This document shows, piece after piece, positions 12,966 through 25,900 of a stretch of 64,000 bases of DNA. A program made the translations under genes and the position numbers. A model generated the notes under the pieces. The model saw only the letters and a program-made list of their open reading frames with translations. It had not been told where the DNA came from and made no database searches. The stretch's first letter is position 1. Every line of letters begins with the position of its first letter. This DNA is from the human T2T-CHM13v2.0 reference genome, Homo sapiens: assembly GCF_009914755.1 (NCBI RefSeq), contig NC_060925.1; one strand, 5' to 3'.

Positions 12966-13339
12966 ACACTTCTTCCTGACAAATTAAAATGACTCAGTTA
13001 CAACTGGAGGAACTGAATAAATAGAAGGTATTCCAAGTTTTTCTTGGAAAAAGGGGTCCCTTGCAGGGTACTTTTATAATATGAAGGAAAGGTCAACTGA
13101 GAAGACTTGAGATAGTACACGTCAACTACAATAGCGTATGTCTAGTATAACCCCAGAAGGAGGAGGTTAAAGTCCCAAATGAGGTAAAGCCATTTGGGTA
13201 GTATGTTTTCATCAAAGTCATGGCTTTTGTCATGGCTGGAGTCTTCAAATGTAGAAATCCTGCCCTTGAGAGATAAGGCTGAATTCACTAGAGGCTGAAG
13301 TTTCAAATCACATTTCAGTAGGTAAATGAACTATATGAG

Positions 13340-13520
13340 AAGCTATTTTGTGCTAGGCTGTGTATCAGTTTTCATATGTTCCCATTTGGCTTTCAGACAC
13401 CTTCAGAGGGCAGTGTTCCATTTTATTGAGGGAGATCTGAAGAGATGAAGTGACTTGCCAGAGCACAGGTCCAGTAAGTGTCAGGTTTCAAGTTCTTTGA
13501 GTTGAGATTCAGTCATTTGA
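13340..13520 (-). mobile_element. MIR (shortened)
   Basis: ccattttattgagggagatctgaagagatgaagtgacttgcc. Confidence 0.65.
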
Positions 13521-14429
13521 AAGCCATTTATCTAGTGGAATAACACCCTGGGTTTTTTTTTTTTGTTTTTTTTCTAATGGAGTTTGTGTGTCCGTTCAGT
13601 AGGAAATGGAATGGAATTAAACCACGTTCTAAATAAAAGCCAGTGCTTTTACTGTAGGAATAGTCATTCTTCACTTTAACTCATGACTCAAGCTTTCTTT
13701 GAAAAAAAGTTTACTCAGATAAACACGAGTTTCATAGAAGTCAGTTATTCTACCAGTAAACTCAAACCTTGTGCTCACATTTAATCAACATTGTATTACA
13801 GGTATCATCATCTCTACCTTTTGTGAGTGTTTAGCCCCTCATCGGTCTTGGTTTACTTCTGCTAGTGTTAAAATTTTATGTCTGGTACTGTACAATATTG
13901 CTGATACTATACAAGCTTAACATAAATTAGTGGACAAGCTAGTGTATAGATGTTTTAACTGCATTGTCATAGAAATCCTTGGTGCATTGTTATATAGATG
14001 TTTATGGGTACTTTAGCAATATTTGAAGAAATTGAGGTTTTAGACAGGCTGTTTTTCCCCATTTAGGATAAGCTAATCCTTCTATCCAAGTGTGTCCTAT
14101 CCAAAATGTTTTCAGGAAAGGATTAATCTTTGATAAAAATTAGATGAAATTAAATATGCACTTTATTGTATCTCAGGCAAAACTAAATAAGAGACATAAT
14201 GAAGGAGTCAGATGCTTGTCCTTGTGTGGAGAGACACCAGGTGATGACTACAGACACGGACCAAGCCAGGTGCACTGAAGTGGCCATAAATACCTAGTGG
14301 CATTGTCTTTAATATGCCTTTACAAAATAGGTATACTTTGTTTTCAGAACTTTATCAAAAGTCAGCCTTATTCTGAGGTGATGCATTCTTGGAAACTATT
14401 AACCAGTATAAAAGTTCCAAGATCAGATT

Positions 14430-14622
14430 TAATTATTTTTTAATCTGCACATAAGTTATTCACTGTGTTGGGCTGTCAGAGACTTAACATTCCGGAGCTT
14501 TGGAGCCCTGCCCACTGGTTGCCAGTGGTGACAGCCTGCAATAGTTGTGACAACTAAAACTGCCCTCATGAGTTTTTAAAGCAACCTGGGTGGGTGGTGA
14601 CACTCTGTCTTAGGAGTTGTTG
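14430..14622 (-). mobile_element. MER20/MER20B (hAT-Charlie)
   Basis: cccactggttgccagtgg...agttgtgacaactaaaa is the reverse complement of the MER20 core. Confidence 0.6.
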
Positions 14623-14814
14623 CATTATACTGTCCATCACCATTGAGAGCTGATCTCATGGTCCACAACTTCAGAGGGGATTGAAATACCAGAGTCAGAG
14701 TTGACAGACAACACTAGCAGGTTCCTCACTACCACCCTGTGGTTGAGATACATAAGGAATAACTACATAACTCATGAGCTTCCAGAGGCTGATATGCCTC
14801 TGACATGTAGAATA

Positions 14815-15020
14815 TAGGTTAGTCAAGAAGTGGCTTCAGACTCAGATTTCATGGGCCTAAGTCGCAGCAATGTGAGAATAGGTTATTTGCTTATCCTGTT
14901 CAAATTACTCATCTGTCAAGGGGGTATATTTTAATAGCAAGTATCATGGGTTTACAAGATACCGTATAAAGCACCTAATAGTGCTTGGCACAAAGAACAC
15001 AAATGTTACATGCTATGAAG
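14815..15020 (+). mobile_element. MIR (shortened)
   Basis: ctcatctgtcaaggggg...taaagcacctaatagtgcttggcaca...aaatgtta. Confidence 0.7.
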
Positions 15021-16410
15021 TTATTCTTCTCTAAGCTTTTGTTACCAAGTTAGGGAACTTGTATATTAGGAAAATATAAGTGTTGTCCAATAACTAATAC
15101 CACAGGGAACTCAAGTTCTGACAAGAGGATTCATTTATCAAAATCTAGATTTGTAGACCCCTTGACAGAGTCCAAAACTGCATTTAGGTAAAGGGAGATC
15201 CACAGGTATATGCTCATTGCTCTAAGCCTATTTTCAAGGTTGTAAGCTTGCTTGGTTATTTCTAAAAGTCCTATGTTGCTAAGAAACAATTACTGTTATG
15301 ACTAGACAATACTTTAGCTCTTTATTTTAAAAATCAAGTCTTGGTATTAATGAAGGAAAGCCTGAACATTTCCATGTCTCTTCCACTAAGTTTAAGATAA
15401 GCTCATTATTGATCAAAACCAAGTTAAACTTCTAAAGGTAAAGGCATCTGTTTTACATTATCTTTTATGACTTGGAATATTTGACTGGTATTTCTATTGT
15501 GGTATAAATGTTTGAAGAGCAAGGTCCCTGGTTTTCTGCTTCCCAGAACTATTAAGAACACCAATTGCAATCACTGTCAGTCCTTGGGGGACAATTTGCA
15601 TGTGAACAACTGATTAGTCAGCTTGTCTGTTCATTTTTACATGAACTGCATGTCAGACAATGCCTCATATCCTATCAGAGGCCTTCCATTTCCATTTTGG
15701 GAGTTTAAAGAATTTGGTATCCCAGATTAATCTGCCTTTTGAGCATGAAAACAGTGGGTAATATTTTCCATTCCTTTCATTGGTGAGCCAAAAACTCAAG
15801 GTGCAAGTGGAATTCGATCTTTAAGACTCTTTCTACCACACTTCGTGCAAGTCTTCCCTCTCCTGGCTCCAAGAGGTAAGAATTTGAATTATAAGAGTCT
15901 ATTCTCTTGACACTTAAGTCTCTCCAGCTTTCCAGACTTAATGGACTATTTAATACTCCCAGCATCACTTATGCATCTTCCTAGAGTGCCTTTCCCTAAT
16001 TTGGGCTTGTTAGTGGTATTTGTCCAAGAGGAAGTCAAGTCAAATGGTAGCCTCTAAGAGGAATCTTCACCAAATACAATCCAAAATTAAAACTTAAGAA
16101 CTAGTCTTCGCTGCTGTGCAGTATGACCTCTTATGCAAACCTTAAATCATTTTACCCTGTATGGATAGAGCTGATAAAGGCTTGACTTTTACCTGACTAT
16201 CCAACAAGCTTTCCCATTCCCCTCCTCCCACAACGGAGCCTGCGTCTTTTAGTAAATACCTGCAAAATTTCTAAGATAATCCTATTTTGTAAACAAACTG
16301 AACAAGTAGTAACCAAACATGATCAGATGAAGACAAAATAAATAGATGGCTAGTTTAATGACATGGTTTGCCATGTTTGTTAGAAGAAGAACAAAAATGG
16401 GTTTGGAGCT

Positions 16411-16946
16411 TGTGATGGTAAATATTGTCAACTTGATTGAAGGATGCAAAGTATTGTTCCCATATGTGTCTGTGAAGGTGTTGCCAAAGGAGATTACCAT
16501 CTGAGTCAGTGGACTGGGAGAGACAGACCCACCCTCAGTCTGGGTGGGTACCATCTAATCAGCTACCCACACGGCTAGAATAAAGCAGGCAGAAGAAAGT
16601 GATCAACAGACTTGCTGAGTCTTCTGGCCTTCATCTTTCTCCCGTGCTGGATGCTTCCTGCCCCTGAACGTCAGACTCCAAGTTCTTCAGATTATGGACA
16701 CTTGGACTTACACCAGTGGTTCACCAGGGGCTCTCGAGCCTTTGGCCACAGACTGAGGTTTGTACTGTTGGCTTCCCTACTTTTGAGGTACTAGGACTCA
16801 GACTGGCTTCCTTGCTCCTCAGCTTCCAGATGGCCTATTACGGGACTTCACCTTGTGATCTTGTGAGTCAATACTTCTTAAGACTCCCCCTCATATATAC
16901 ATCTATCCTATTAGTTCTGTCCTTCTAGAGAACCCTGACTAATACA
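16411..16946 (+). mobile_element. MLT2A1 (HERVL) solo LTR
   Basis: tgtgatgg...ctaataca termini; 5-bp TSD gagct/gagca; close match to the MLT2A1 body. Confidence 0.95.
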
Positions 16947-17188
16947 GAGCAAGGCCCTTGCTATTCATGATGGAGAATTGTATTCAAGAAGTTGCTGTCA
17001 TGTTGCTGAGACAGAGCTTGACCAGAGAGCTCCAAGTGCCCATGAGTCTAGAACTGTCCATTACAAACTCAGTTCTGTCAGACTTGCTAAGTTAATTCAT
17101 AAACTCAAATAGGCCTGACAACAGTTCATTTAACATACAAGTAAAACAGCTGGGAACAAACCTGAACATAACCAGATTAAAATGGTAT
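16947..17188 (+). mobile_element. Older ERVL pol fragment interrupted by MLT2A1 and THE1
   Basis: ggtttggagc|aaggcc (WSKA) is split by the LTR. Continues with ETE..QVPMSLELSITNSVLSD-like sequence and ends in aaatggtat (KWY). Confidence 0.7.
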
Positions 17189-17564
17189 TGTATTAGTCAG
17201 TTTTCACACTGCTATAATGAAATAACCAAGGCTGGGTAATTTATAAAAGAGCCTTTATTGACTCAGTTCCACATGGCTGGGGAGGGAGGCCTCAGGAAAC
17301 TTACAATCATGGCAAAAAGCAAAGGGGAAGCAAGAACCTTCTTCTCATGGTGCCAAGAGAGAGAAATGCAAGCAGGAGAAATGCCAGACACTTATAAAAC
17401 CATCAGATATCATCAGAACTCACTATCATGAGAACAGCATGGGAGAAACTGCCCACATGATCCAATCACCTCCCTCCCTCCACACATGGAGATTACAGAT
17501 CTCTCCCTTGACATGTGAGGATTACAATTCGAGATTTGGGTGGGGACACAGAGCTAAACCATCA
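17189..17564 (-). mobile_element. THE1C/D solo LTR
   Basis: tgtattagtc...aaaccatca; perfect TSD ggtat. Confidence 0.92.
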
Positions 17565-17619
17565 GGTATATATCTGATATATATACGCACAGCTGATAGA
17601 CTAAAGATAATGTATATAT

Positions 17620-19700
17620 ACAAGTCTATTTAACATGTTTTTTGTAGACAACATAGAGTCGGGTCTTGTTTGACATTGACAATTGGTGTATTTAGACCAT
17701 CAATGTTTAAGATTGATATAGTTGGATTGATTCCTTTTAGTTGCCCTTGGTCTTTTTTGTCTTCTACTCTGCTTTCTCTGGTTTTAACTGAGCATTCTGT
17801 ATAATTGCCTTTTTTCTCCTCTTAGTATATCAATTACACTTTGCTGGTTGCTTTTGAGACTGCAGTGTACATTTACAGCTAATATAAGCTCTCTTTCACA
17901 TAAGACCATCTCACTTCTTAGTGCAATTACCTTATCACAATATACTCCTAATTCCTCCCTCCTGAACCTTAACATTTGTCTTTCATTTCCTTTATCCATA
18001 AATTGTAATCAAGTGTATTGTTGCTATTTTGAACAAGCCAGATCCATTAAGAAAATAGGTTTTACCTTAACTTATTCCTCTGCTAATGTTCTTTATGTAG
18101 ATCTGAGTTTGACCTGTATCATTTTCCTTCTGAAGAGTTTAGCATTTCTTGCAAGGTAGGTTTACTGGCAACAAATTCCCTTAATGTTTGGCTCAGTGTT
18201 TCTCCACTTTTGAGGGAGAAAGTCAGTGGATAAGAGTTCTCCAGGTTGGTGGTTCCCCTGAACCCCCCGCAAACTAATATCTCACTCCACTCTTGCTTGC
18301 ATGATTTCTGAACTCCAATGTAATTATTCTTCTCTTTCTCTACAGGCATGGTTTTAAGTTTCTAGTCTTAGTTCCAATGTATTTGCCATGAAAGTCTAGT
18401 TCTGATATTTGCTCTACCTTCTCAAACTGTATTTTTGTCTTTTAGCACATTTTGGAAAAAATTATTGGAAGGTGGACATTATATACTGGGTAAAATGAAT
18501 TGATGTAAATAGGTTTTGTGTTTGGCTCGTTTGCTGCTTGCCGTAGCTGTGTCAGAGGCTAGGCTTTCCCCTTTAGGGTATTGGTTTCTGTTGCTCATTG
18601 TCTCTGGAGTTTAGAGATTTCTTGAATGAGGCCTGAGATGTGCAGTTTTTTCTATTGCATTTCCCTGCCCCTGCACAGGAGAACTAACTTGGTAGTGAAG
18701 TGTTAGGGGAGAGGAGGTATCCTAGAGTCCTCAGTCTTTGTGAGGTCTCAGTCTTTTGGTGAGCCTATTTGCCTGGGTTGTGATCTTCACAAATGCTTCT
18801 CAGTTTTTTTTTTCTTCCTTTCCTCCAACTTGAGACAAGATAGCTGGAGCATGATGCAGCTGAGCTTTTCCTTTCCCCCTAGTCAGTTAGGCTCTGATAA
18901 AACACCAGTAGTTTAGGTTGTAGCAAAATAACTTCTTTGAGGAAGAAGAATAGAATGCTCTGGTGTGTTTTAAAATGGTTACTTTTCCCCTCCTCTACCA
19001 GAAGCAGGAGGGGATTTTCCCCCTTATCTTCACTATGAGAAGTTGGTAGGGCTCCTAGAAGTAAAACTCACAAGAGTGTGCCCCCTACTTCCCAAGAAAG
19101 AGTTTAACTCTCAAACTTGCCCACACTAAACCTCCAGCAATTCAGTTACAGTACAGGTTTCCTACCTCAGTGCTTGGTCCTGCAAAGGCTTCTGCTAGTA
19201 GGTTTCTGACTTGGTAAGTTATCCTCTGTATCTGCTTTTCTGTCTCTCCAATTCTGGAGAGAGCAACTTGTCCCATGACCTCAATTCTGATGGCTCCAGG
19301 AAGTACTGATTTTTTTTTTTTTGAGACGGAGTCTCACTCTGTCGCCCAGGCTGGAGTGCAGTGGCGTGATCTCGGCTTACTGCAAGCTCTGCCTCCCAGG
19401 GTCACGCCATTTTCCTGCCTCAGCCTCCTGAGTAGCTGGGACTACAGGCGCCCGCCACTGCACCCGGCTAATTTTTTTTTTTTTTGTATTTTTAGTAGAG
19501 ATGGTGTTTCACCATGTTAGCCAGGATGGTCTCTATCTCCTGACCTCATGATCCTCCCGCCCTGGCCTACCAAAGTGCTGGGATTACAGGCATGAGCCAC
19601 CGCGCCCAGCCAAGGAAGTATTGATTTTTAATGTGTTCAGCTTTTTCTAGTTGCAGGGATAGGAGTGACAAGCTCTTCAGACATTAGGCCCCAAACCAGA
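17620..19700 (-). mobile_element. Old L1M (L1MC/MD-type) 5'UTR-ORF1-ORF2 start, heavily micro-deleted, with AluY inserted
   Basis: ORF 18119-18349 contains L1 ORF1 LREFVASKPTLQEML; aattggtgtatttagaccat matches the ORF2 start region. Confidence 0.8.
19310..19611 (-). mobile_element. AluY
   Basis: gcaagctc/cacgccatt diagnostics; TSD aggaagta(c/t)tgatt. Confidence 0.95.
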
Positions 19701-20747
19701 AGCCTCCTACCACACACATTTTTAGGCAGCTCTTCCATCCAGGATAGGGTACGACGTATCCACAAGAGTCAGAATGTGTCATAGGTAGCTTATTTAACAC
19801 CTTTCACTAAGATGTGTTGCATTACAAAGCCTTCCAGTACAAAATTATCCTTGTTCTTGGAAAGAAATGGATTATGGGTTTAACAACAAAAATCCTGCTC
19901 ACCTCATACCTCTGTTTTGGGGCAGCCACCTTCCTACTCAGAACAGGATATCCTTTTTGGTTTGAAAAAATATTTTCCTCTATATCCCAAGAGACTATAA
20001 ATTCTAACAGTGAGAAAAATCACAGTCCAGTAGCTCTGGCCGTAATTATGGCTTCTCAAGGGGGAACACGACCATTACATGGCATTTGACAATGAGAAGT
20101 TGCCAAATGCTTTCCCTGTGCATGGTTATTGGCAATGTCTTTTTGACTTAGCGCAGGTAAATTGTGTTTAGTCACCTGTAGAGAAATGGTTCTCCTGAGA
20201 GTCAGGCACAGCAGCATGGTGAGGCTGTGCCTCTGAAGCTGCTAGGCCAATGGGAGGAAGAAAAGGGGGAGCAGGCACTCATTTGGCCTGGACCTCAGGT
20301 TTAGACACTTAGTGGTTTCCTGCCATTTGAATGGCCTCACCATATCAGGTGTCAGCTGAGGCGTTGCATGAGGATTGAATGTTTTTTTTAGAATTATTTC
20401 AAAGAAGAGGCCCAAAGCCACATGAGGATGTTGAGGGTATGTCCTCATGTTACTATCTTGACTTTGCCACTGCTGGAGAAACTGCTAAAACCAGATTGTG
20501 TACCTGACATCTCAATAGGTCTGCCACTCCACCACTCTCGCTGAATAGAAAGGGGCTCTTTAATTGCTTTCCCAAGTTCAGCTTGGTAGGGAAGCTTTGA
20601 CAGGTATGCAGGAACAGAGGTAGGCAATAGCTGCTTGTAGGTTCTGGAACATGGGAAGTTTGTCCATTTTGTATGGTCTTTGTAACTTGAGGCAGTTACT
20701 AGATTCCTTAACCTTCTATTAGTGTAACACAAGTAGTTATCAAGTTC

Positions 20748-20900
20748 TTTTATAGAGATGGGGTCTTGCTGTTACCCAGGCTGCAGTGCAGTGACACAGT
20801 CATAGCTCACTGCAGCCTCAAACTCCTGGGCTTAAGGGATCCTCTAGCCTCAGACTCCTGAGTATCTGGGACTTCAGGCATGTGCCACCACACCTGGCTT
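20748..20900 (-). mobile_element. Alu monomer (FRAM/AluJ right arm)
   Basis: tcatagctcactgcagcctcaaactcctgggct. Confidence 0.85.
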
Positions 20901-21221
20901 GCATTGTCTTCTATAGATCTGTTCCAGGCCGTTTTAACCCATATGCTGTCTGCAGGCATCAGCATTTACAACAAAAACTCTGGGGGCTGCCCTTAAGTAA
21001 TTACCATTTACCCTTCTCTGCTACTTTCAAACTAATTTGGCGTTAGAACTTCAAAGCCACTGAGATGAATAGACAGTTTTGGGCGTTTACTGATGCAAGG
21101 TAGTGGCAGCAAAAGGCAAAGGGTTCCCTTCCATAACAGACAGATTAGCTTGGTTAGTAGACACTGCCATATAAGATTGTACTGCACAAATAGGTGCTTT
21201 ATAGACACTTAAGACAACCCC

Positions 21222-21896
21222 TGTGATAATGTTGTGTGTCACCTTAACTGGACCATGAGCTGCCCAGGTATTTTGTCAAACATTCTGGGTACTTGGGTGT
21301 TCAAAATAAAGCCTGGGGTGTTTCCAGATGAGATTAAATCTTCAGTTGGTAGGCTGGGCGCAGTGGCTTATGCCTGTACTCCCAGCTCTTTGGAGTGCTG
21401 AGGTGGGCGGACCACAAGGTCAGAAGATCGAGACCATCCTGGCTAACACGGTGAAAACCCTGTCTCTACTAAAAATATGAAAAATTAGCCGGGCGTGGTG
21501 GTAGACCGAAAGATACAGATTGCCCTCTCCAATGTGATGGACCTCATCTAATCAGTTGAGGGTCTGAATAGAAAATAAAAGGCTGACTCTTGCCTGACTT
21601 CCTTCAAAGTGGGACGTCAGCCCTTTTTCTGCCCTCTACTCCAACTGAAACTTCAGCTCTTACAGGATCTTAAGCCTGCTGGCCTTGAGACAAGCACTAC
21701 TCCATTGCATCTCCTGGTTCTCAGGCCTGCAGACTTGGACTGGAACTAGACCATCAGCTCTCCTGGGAGTCCAGCTTGCCAACTGCAGATCTTGGGACTT
21801 CCTAGCCTCTATAGTTGTATGAACCAGTTTCTTGTGATGAATCTCTCTATACACATCCTGTTGGTTCTCTTTCTCTAGAGAATCCTGACTAATATG
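21222..21896 (+). mobile_element. MLT2D-like ERVL LTR containing a truncated Alu
   Basis: cagattgccctctccaatgtg...ctagagaatcctgactaat. Confidence 0.85.
21352..21501 (+). mobile_element. AluY/Sc left arm; right arm and tail missing
   Basis: gatcgagaccatcctggctaacacggtgaaa; ends at ggcgtggtgg. Confidence 0.9.
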
Positions 21897-23639
21897 ACCT
21901 CCAAAGTGGTGGTTTTCTTGTTTTATAGATGAAAAATAATTTGAGATTAACCAAGAGTAGCACTTAGATTTGCACTGAGATGACTTCAAATCTCATGCTT
22001 ATCATATTCATACACTTCAGTGACCACAGAAAAGCCAAGCAACCACTTTGCAACTAGACACCAAATTGTAAGCAGAGTACCAGAGAGAAGAGGCAGAAAA
22101 AGCTTTACAAGCAGGGATAATAGCCTGACCTGAAGCACAGGATTTAGAGTCTACCATGTATTCAGGGCAACATGACTAGCTCTGAGGCTGGAGCCAACTA
22201 CAATGAAAATAAAGTTGACTCAAGGTTCTAAAAACAGATGAAAGCATTTTTCTACCAGAAGGTGAAGATAGCTTTTAGCACTGAGCTTTAAAAATGGGTG
22301 CCAAATTGCACCCCACACTTCAAGCCTCCTTCCTACACATGTTTATTCTTACTTTCCACCTAGTCTGTGCCCAGGTAAATTCTACCCAGCCTCTGCAAAC
22401 CCAATTGACAGCTTACTTCTTCAAGGGCATTTTAACCCCAACTTTTTATCAAGTTCTTTTCATATGATCAAGAGCTAATGTGTACACAGTTCATAGGATC
22501 TTTTCTCTTGGAATAGGGACTTGTTTGTGGGAAGCACCCTGGGAAATACTCAGCTCTGGGCATTTAAAATATCTAAGATGATTAAGAACTTCAGGCGACT
22601 TTCTAGGTGCTGTCATCAAGTAGCAATATTTGAGCTTTGAATATTCAGTTATTGTGCCTGTATTATAAGAGATAAGTTAACCCAAATGTTTTCCAAAGTC
22701 CTTGTAAAACTAAGGACCAAACTGAATTTGGGAAAGTAATTCAAGAGTCTCCCCTCTCCCCAGACAAAGAGGTTTACTTGTTGTTACTATAGCCCAGATG
22801 TCCCTTATTTGCCAAATAACCACCTCCGTGCAATTCATCTGCTTGCCCTAAAACCTTTATATGGGTGATAAGAAAAATGACTCAGATTTCCACAGAGGTC
22901 CATAAACTTGTTATAAGTCTTACAACACCTCATGTCATGACAAGCAATTCAGTCCTTCTTAAATAGTTTTACCAGCTGGTTGCCCTAACTCTGAGTGGCA
23001 GAAATAAATCACTGGAGGAACTCATGGCCACAGGCTATAGAAACTTGAGTCTGTGCAAAGTGGAGAGGCAGAGTCAAAAAGGGAAACGACCTCTATCTAA
23101 GAGGTTTCTGACACTAGATATTAAGACTATTGGAAGGCTTTATCTTTGACTTATGCTCATTTGCCTTAAGATTTTAAATTCATAAACTACCATTTTTCAT
23201 GCGGATTAGAGAAACGTTCCTGACAAGACTACAGATCATGGACTGCTGGACTCAATGTTTCAGTTAGGCTTGAGTGCTTGTCTGGAGTCACAGCTCGAGA
23301 TAAACTCACTTAGCCCTCTCACCGAGGGGGTGGCTTAAGGAACTGCAGCACCTTACAAGGAACACCCTTGTTAGTCAGCTGAGGTAGTGACTGCTGGAAA
23401 GAGTTACAACCTCAGAGGCCATGTACTTTAGGTCCTTAATTATATGGGATGGAATTAAGGTGCCTGAACTTTCATAATCAGAGATTTAGGGTAAATGATG
23501 GGAAAGTTGAAAAAAGTTTGCTCTTAACATTTGTTTCATATTGGTGGAAGCAGCCTGTATCCGTGGTTATCAGATTAACATGCCTAACACCAAATGCTTA
23601 TTTAATGATTGAGTGACTTGCTGGTCAAGGGTCTCTATT

Positions 23640-23765
23640 CAGGCAGCATGGCTTATGCTAAACTTAGATTATCCAAACTAAACCTGAATTTGGAAACTTT
23701 GCATGGTATTTGGATAGTTATTTCACGTCCAACTCTCAGTATCTTCATTTGTAAGACATAGTGAA
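23640..23765 (+). mobile_element. MIR fragment
   Basis: ctcagtatcttcatttgtaa core. Confidence 0.5.
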
Positions 23766-24729
23766 ATTAAGGAATAGCAGACTGCCTGTCAGAGGTGCCA
23801 AACCATTTCTCTTCCCCATCCATGAAAGTCGTCAGGTGAACCTCATCTGTTCCCTTCCATTCAGCTGGTACTTGGCCATTAACTACTATTGAGTACAAAT
23901 GGACTGGAGTGAATGTTAGCATCAGCCTAGCATTTTATCTAGCCAAGACTTCAGCACATTTGAGTAGTAAAACCCCAAAGTAATATGGTTTAATCACAGT
24001 TCAACTTGAGCTCTCGTTTGCTCCATATATGAAAAACCCTGACCCAGAAGAATAGAATGCTCCAAAGAAGTGCCCAAGCCCTGACCTTGAGTTTGCTTTG
24101 AGAAACCCTGGTATAAGACAGCAGAGATATTACACAGATGCATGTAGTCAGAAGCAGCTTTCCTATGTGAAGGAACAGCTCAGCCCTACCTCGAGCCTCT
24201 TGTAAGCCGGGGGAAGCTTCTCTTTTTGTCTTCTGATCACAGGGATCATCAGCAGCTGCCATGATAGACAGCATAGGTTCTCATAGTAAAGACTGAGTGA
24301 GAGCTGAGAGATGGACCCCGTTTAGAGAACTGGGAAGGAGCTCTCGCAAGCAAGCTTCCACCTCCCTTAAAGCAGGCTAGGAGAAGTACAGATAAAAATG
24401 AAGAAGGAAATATCTCAGATCTGTGCAGTCTCCTAGTGCTTGTCAGAACTGCATACTTGGAATTATGGTAGAGATGAGGTAAAGAACCAATTCTCCTAAA
24501 GAAGTGAGAATATAACACCCCCAACTCTTTTTTTTTCGAAGAAGTCAGAGTCAGAATCTTACTAATTTTAACAAAAGTTAACAAGACAGTTTTCCATGTC
24601 CTGGAGGAAGGACTAGAGAATGAGAGTTCCGCTGAAATAAAAAGAATTCAAATACCATCTTACTTCTTTCCCATTTCTCTTTCTCCCCCAGCACCATCCT
24701 ATTACAAATCTGCCAGCCTACAGACTAGT

Positions 24730-25000
24730 AAAACGCGCTGACCCAAGAGAAAGCAAAAAGCGGCCCCTTTCCCCGGCTCCAGCGCTGCTCGGCCAGGCTT
24801 CACTTTTAAAGGCGAGCATCATTGGTTCATGCGCCACAGGAAATGGAGCCATCACAGGACGGGCCAAAGACACCTGTCTTCTCATCCCTCTTCTCACTTT
24901 TCACTTCAAAGGCACGCACCTCATCAGGGAAGAAAAAGGAAAGCTGAGAGGAACTGAGACAGCAGTTTTAGGTGATGGGTTAATTATGCACAGTTGTGCC
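24730..25000 (-). promoter_or_regulatory. Candidate minus-strand Pol II promoter (TSS ~24780)
   Basis: Nine CpGs in 24734-24861 of non-repeat DNA. On the minus strand: AACCAAT (CCAAT 24821-24825), TTTAAAAG (24803-24810) and MYB-type CAACTG (24991-24996). ETS-like CAGGAAAT on the plus strand (24837-24844). Motif evidence only. Confidence 0.5.
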
Positions 25001-25160
25001 TTCCTCTCTCCTTTCTCAATCTTCGCCCCAAGTCCTGCCTCCAGGTTTATGCTGCAGAGTGTCCGTGGAAGGGTGGCTCTTACATGGTAGCTCTGAAAAG
25101 CTTGACATTATTTTACTAAGTGAATGCAAGAATTCTCATGTGGGCATCTCCACTCATGGA

Positions 25161-25349
25161 TAGGATTGCCAGATTTAGCAAATAAAAGTACAATGAAATA
25201 TCCAATTACACTTGAATTTCAGATAATCAACAAATACTTCTTTTTCGTACAGTTATGCCCTGTTTAACCTCTACTGTTCCACTAGGGATATACTTGTATT
25301 GCGCACTTACCTGTTGTTTATATAAAATTCAAATTTAACCAGGCATCCC
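25161..25349 (+). mobile_element. MER53 (hAT MITE)
   Basis: taggattgccagatttagcaaataaaa...gaatttcagataa...aaattcaaatttaac palindromic arms. Confidence 0.85.
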
Positions 25350-25539
25350 ACTCATGGGGCCCCAGACCAAACGGAAGCCCCCTCCCTACCCCTAGCCAAA
25401 TGCTGGTTGAGTTTTTTGGGATGATAATGAGGAAAATAAGGCCAGAAGACCCACATTGCCCCTCATCTATAGCACCTGAAACTTGGAACCACCCAACAGA
25501 TCCAGTTCTGCCCTGCCCTGAAGAGAGTTGCCTTCATTT

Positions 25540-25900
25540 TCAGCAGAGTCTAGAGAGTAATTTAAAGTTTGAATTGGCCCCTGGAGGAAGAACATTGTGT
25601 TAAACTTCCTATGTGACTTGAAATAAATTTCGTTTTCTCTGTGGGTGTTAATTTCCCCAATTGTTAAATGACTCAAGGAATTCAATAATGATGGCTACTA
25701 GTCACTGAGCCAGGACTTCCTGCTCCTTATTTCTAATTCTTTCAACAATGCTGCTAGTTAGGCATTATGACACTTATTTTACAGATTCACATTTTACAGA
25801 ACTTAGAGAAACAATGGTCCCACAGGTAGAGCTAGGTCAGGTTTGAACTCTGATCCATTTGATTACAAATCCTGGTATCTTTTCAGTTCTTTATACTCCT
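25540..25900. mobile_element. Two MIR fragments (+ at ~25540-25690, - at ~25740-25900)
   Basis: MIR cores tgtgacttg...aatttcc and attttacaga. Confidence 0.55.

Noticed and set aside
25161-25349. Long hairpin, possible miRNA precursor
   Set aside because: Explained by the palindromic MER53; the arms are diverged and there is no expression evidence.
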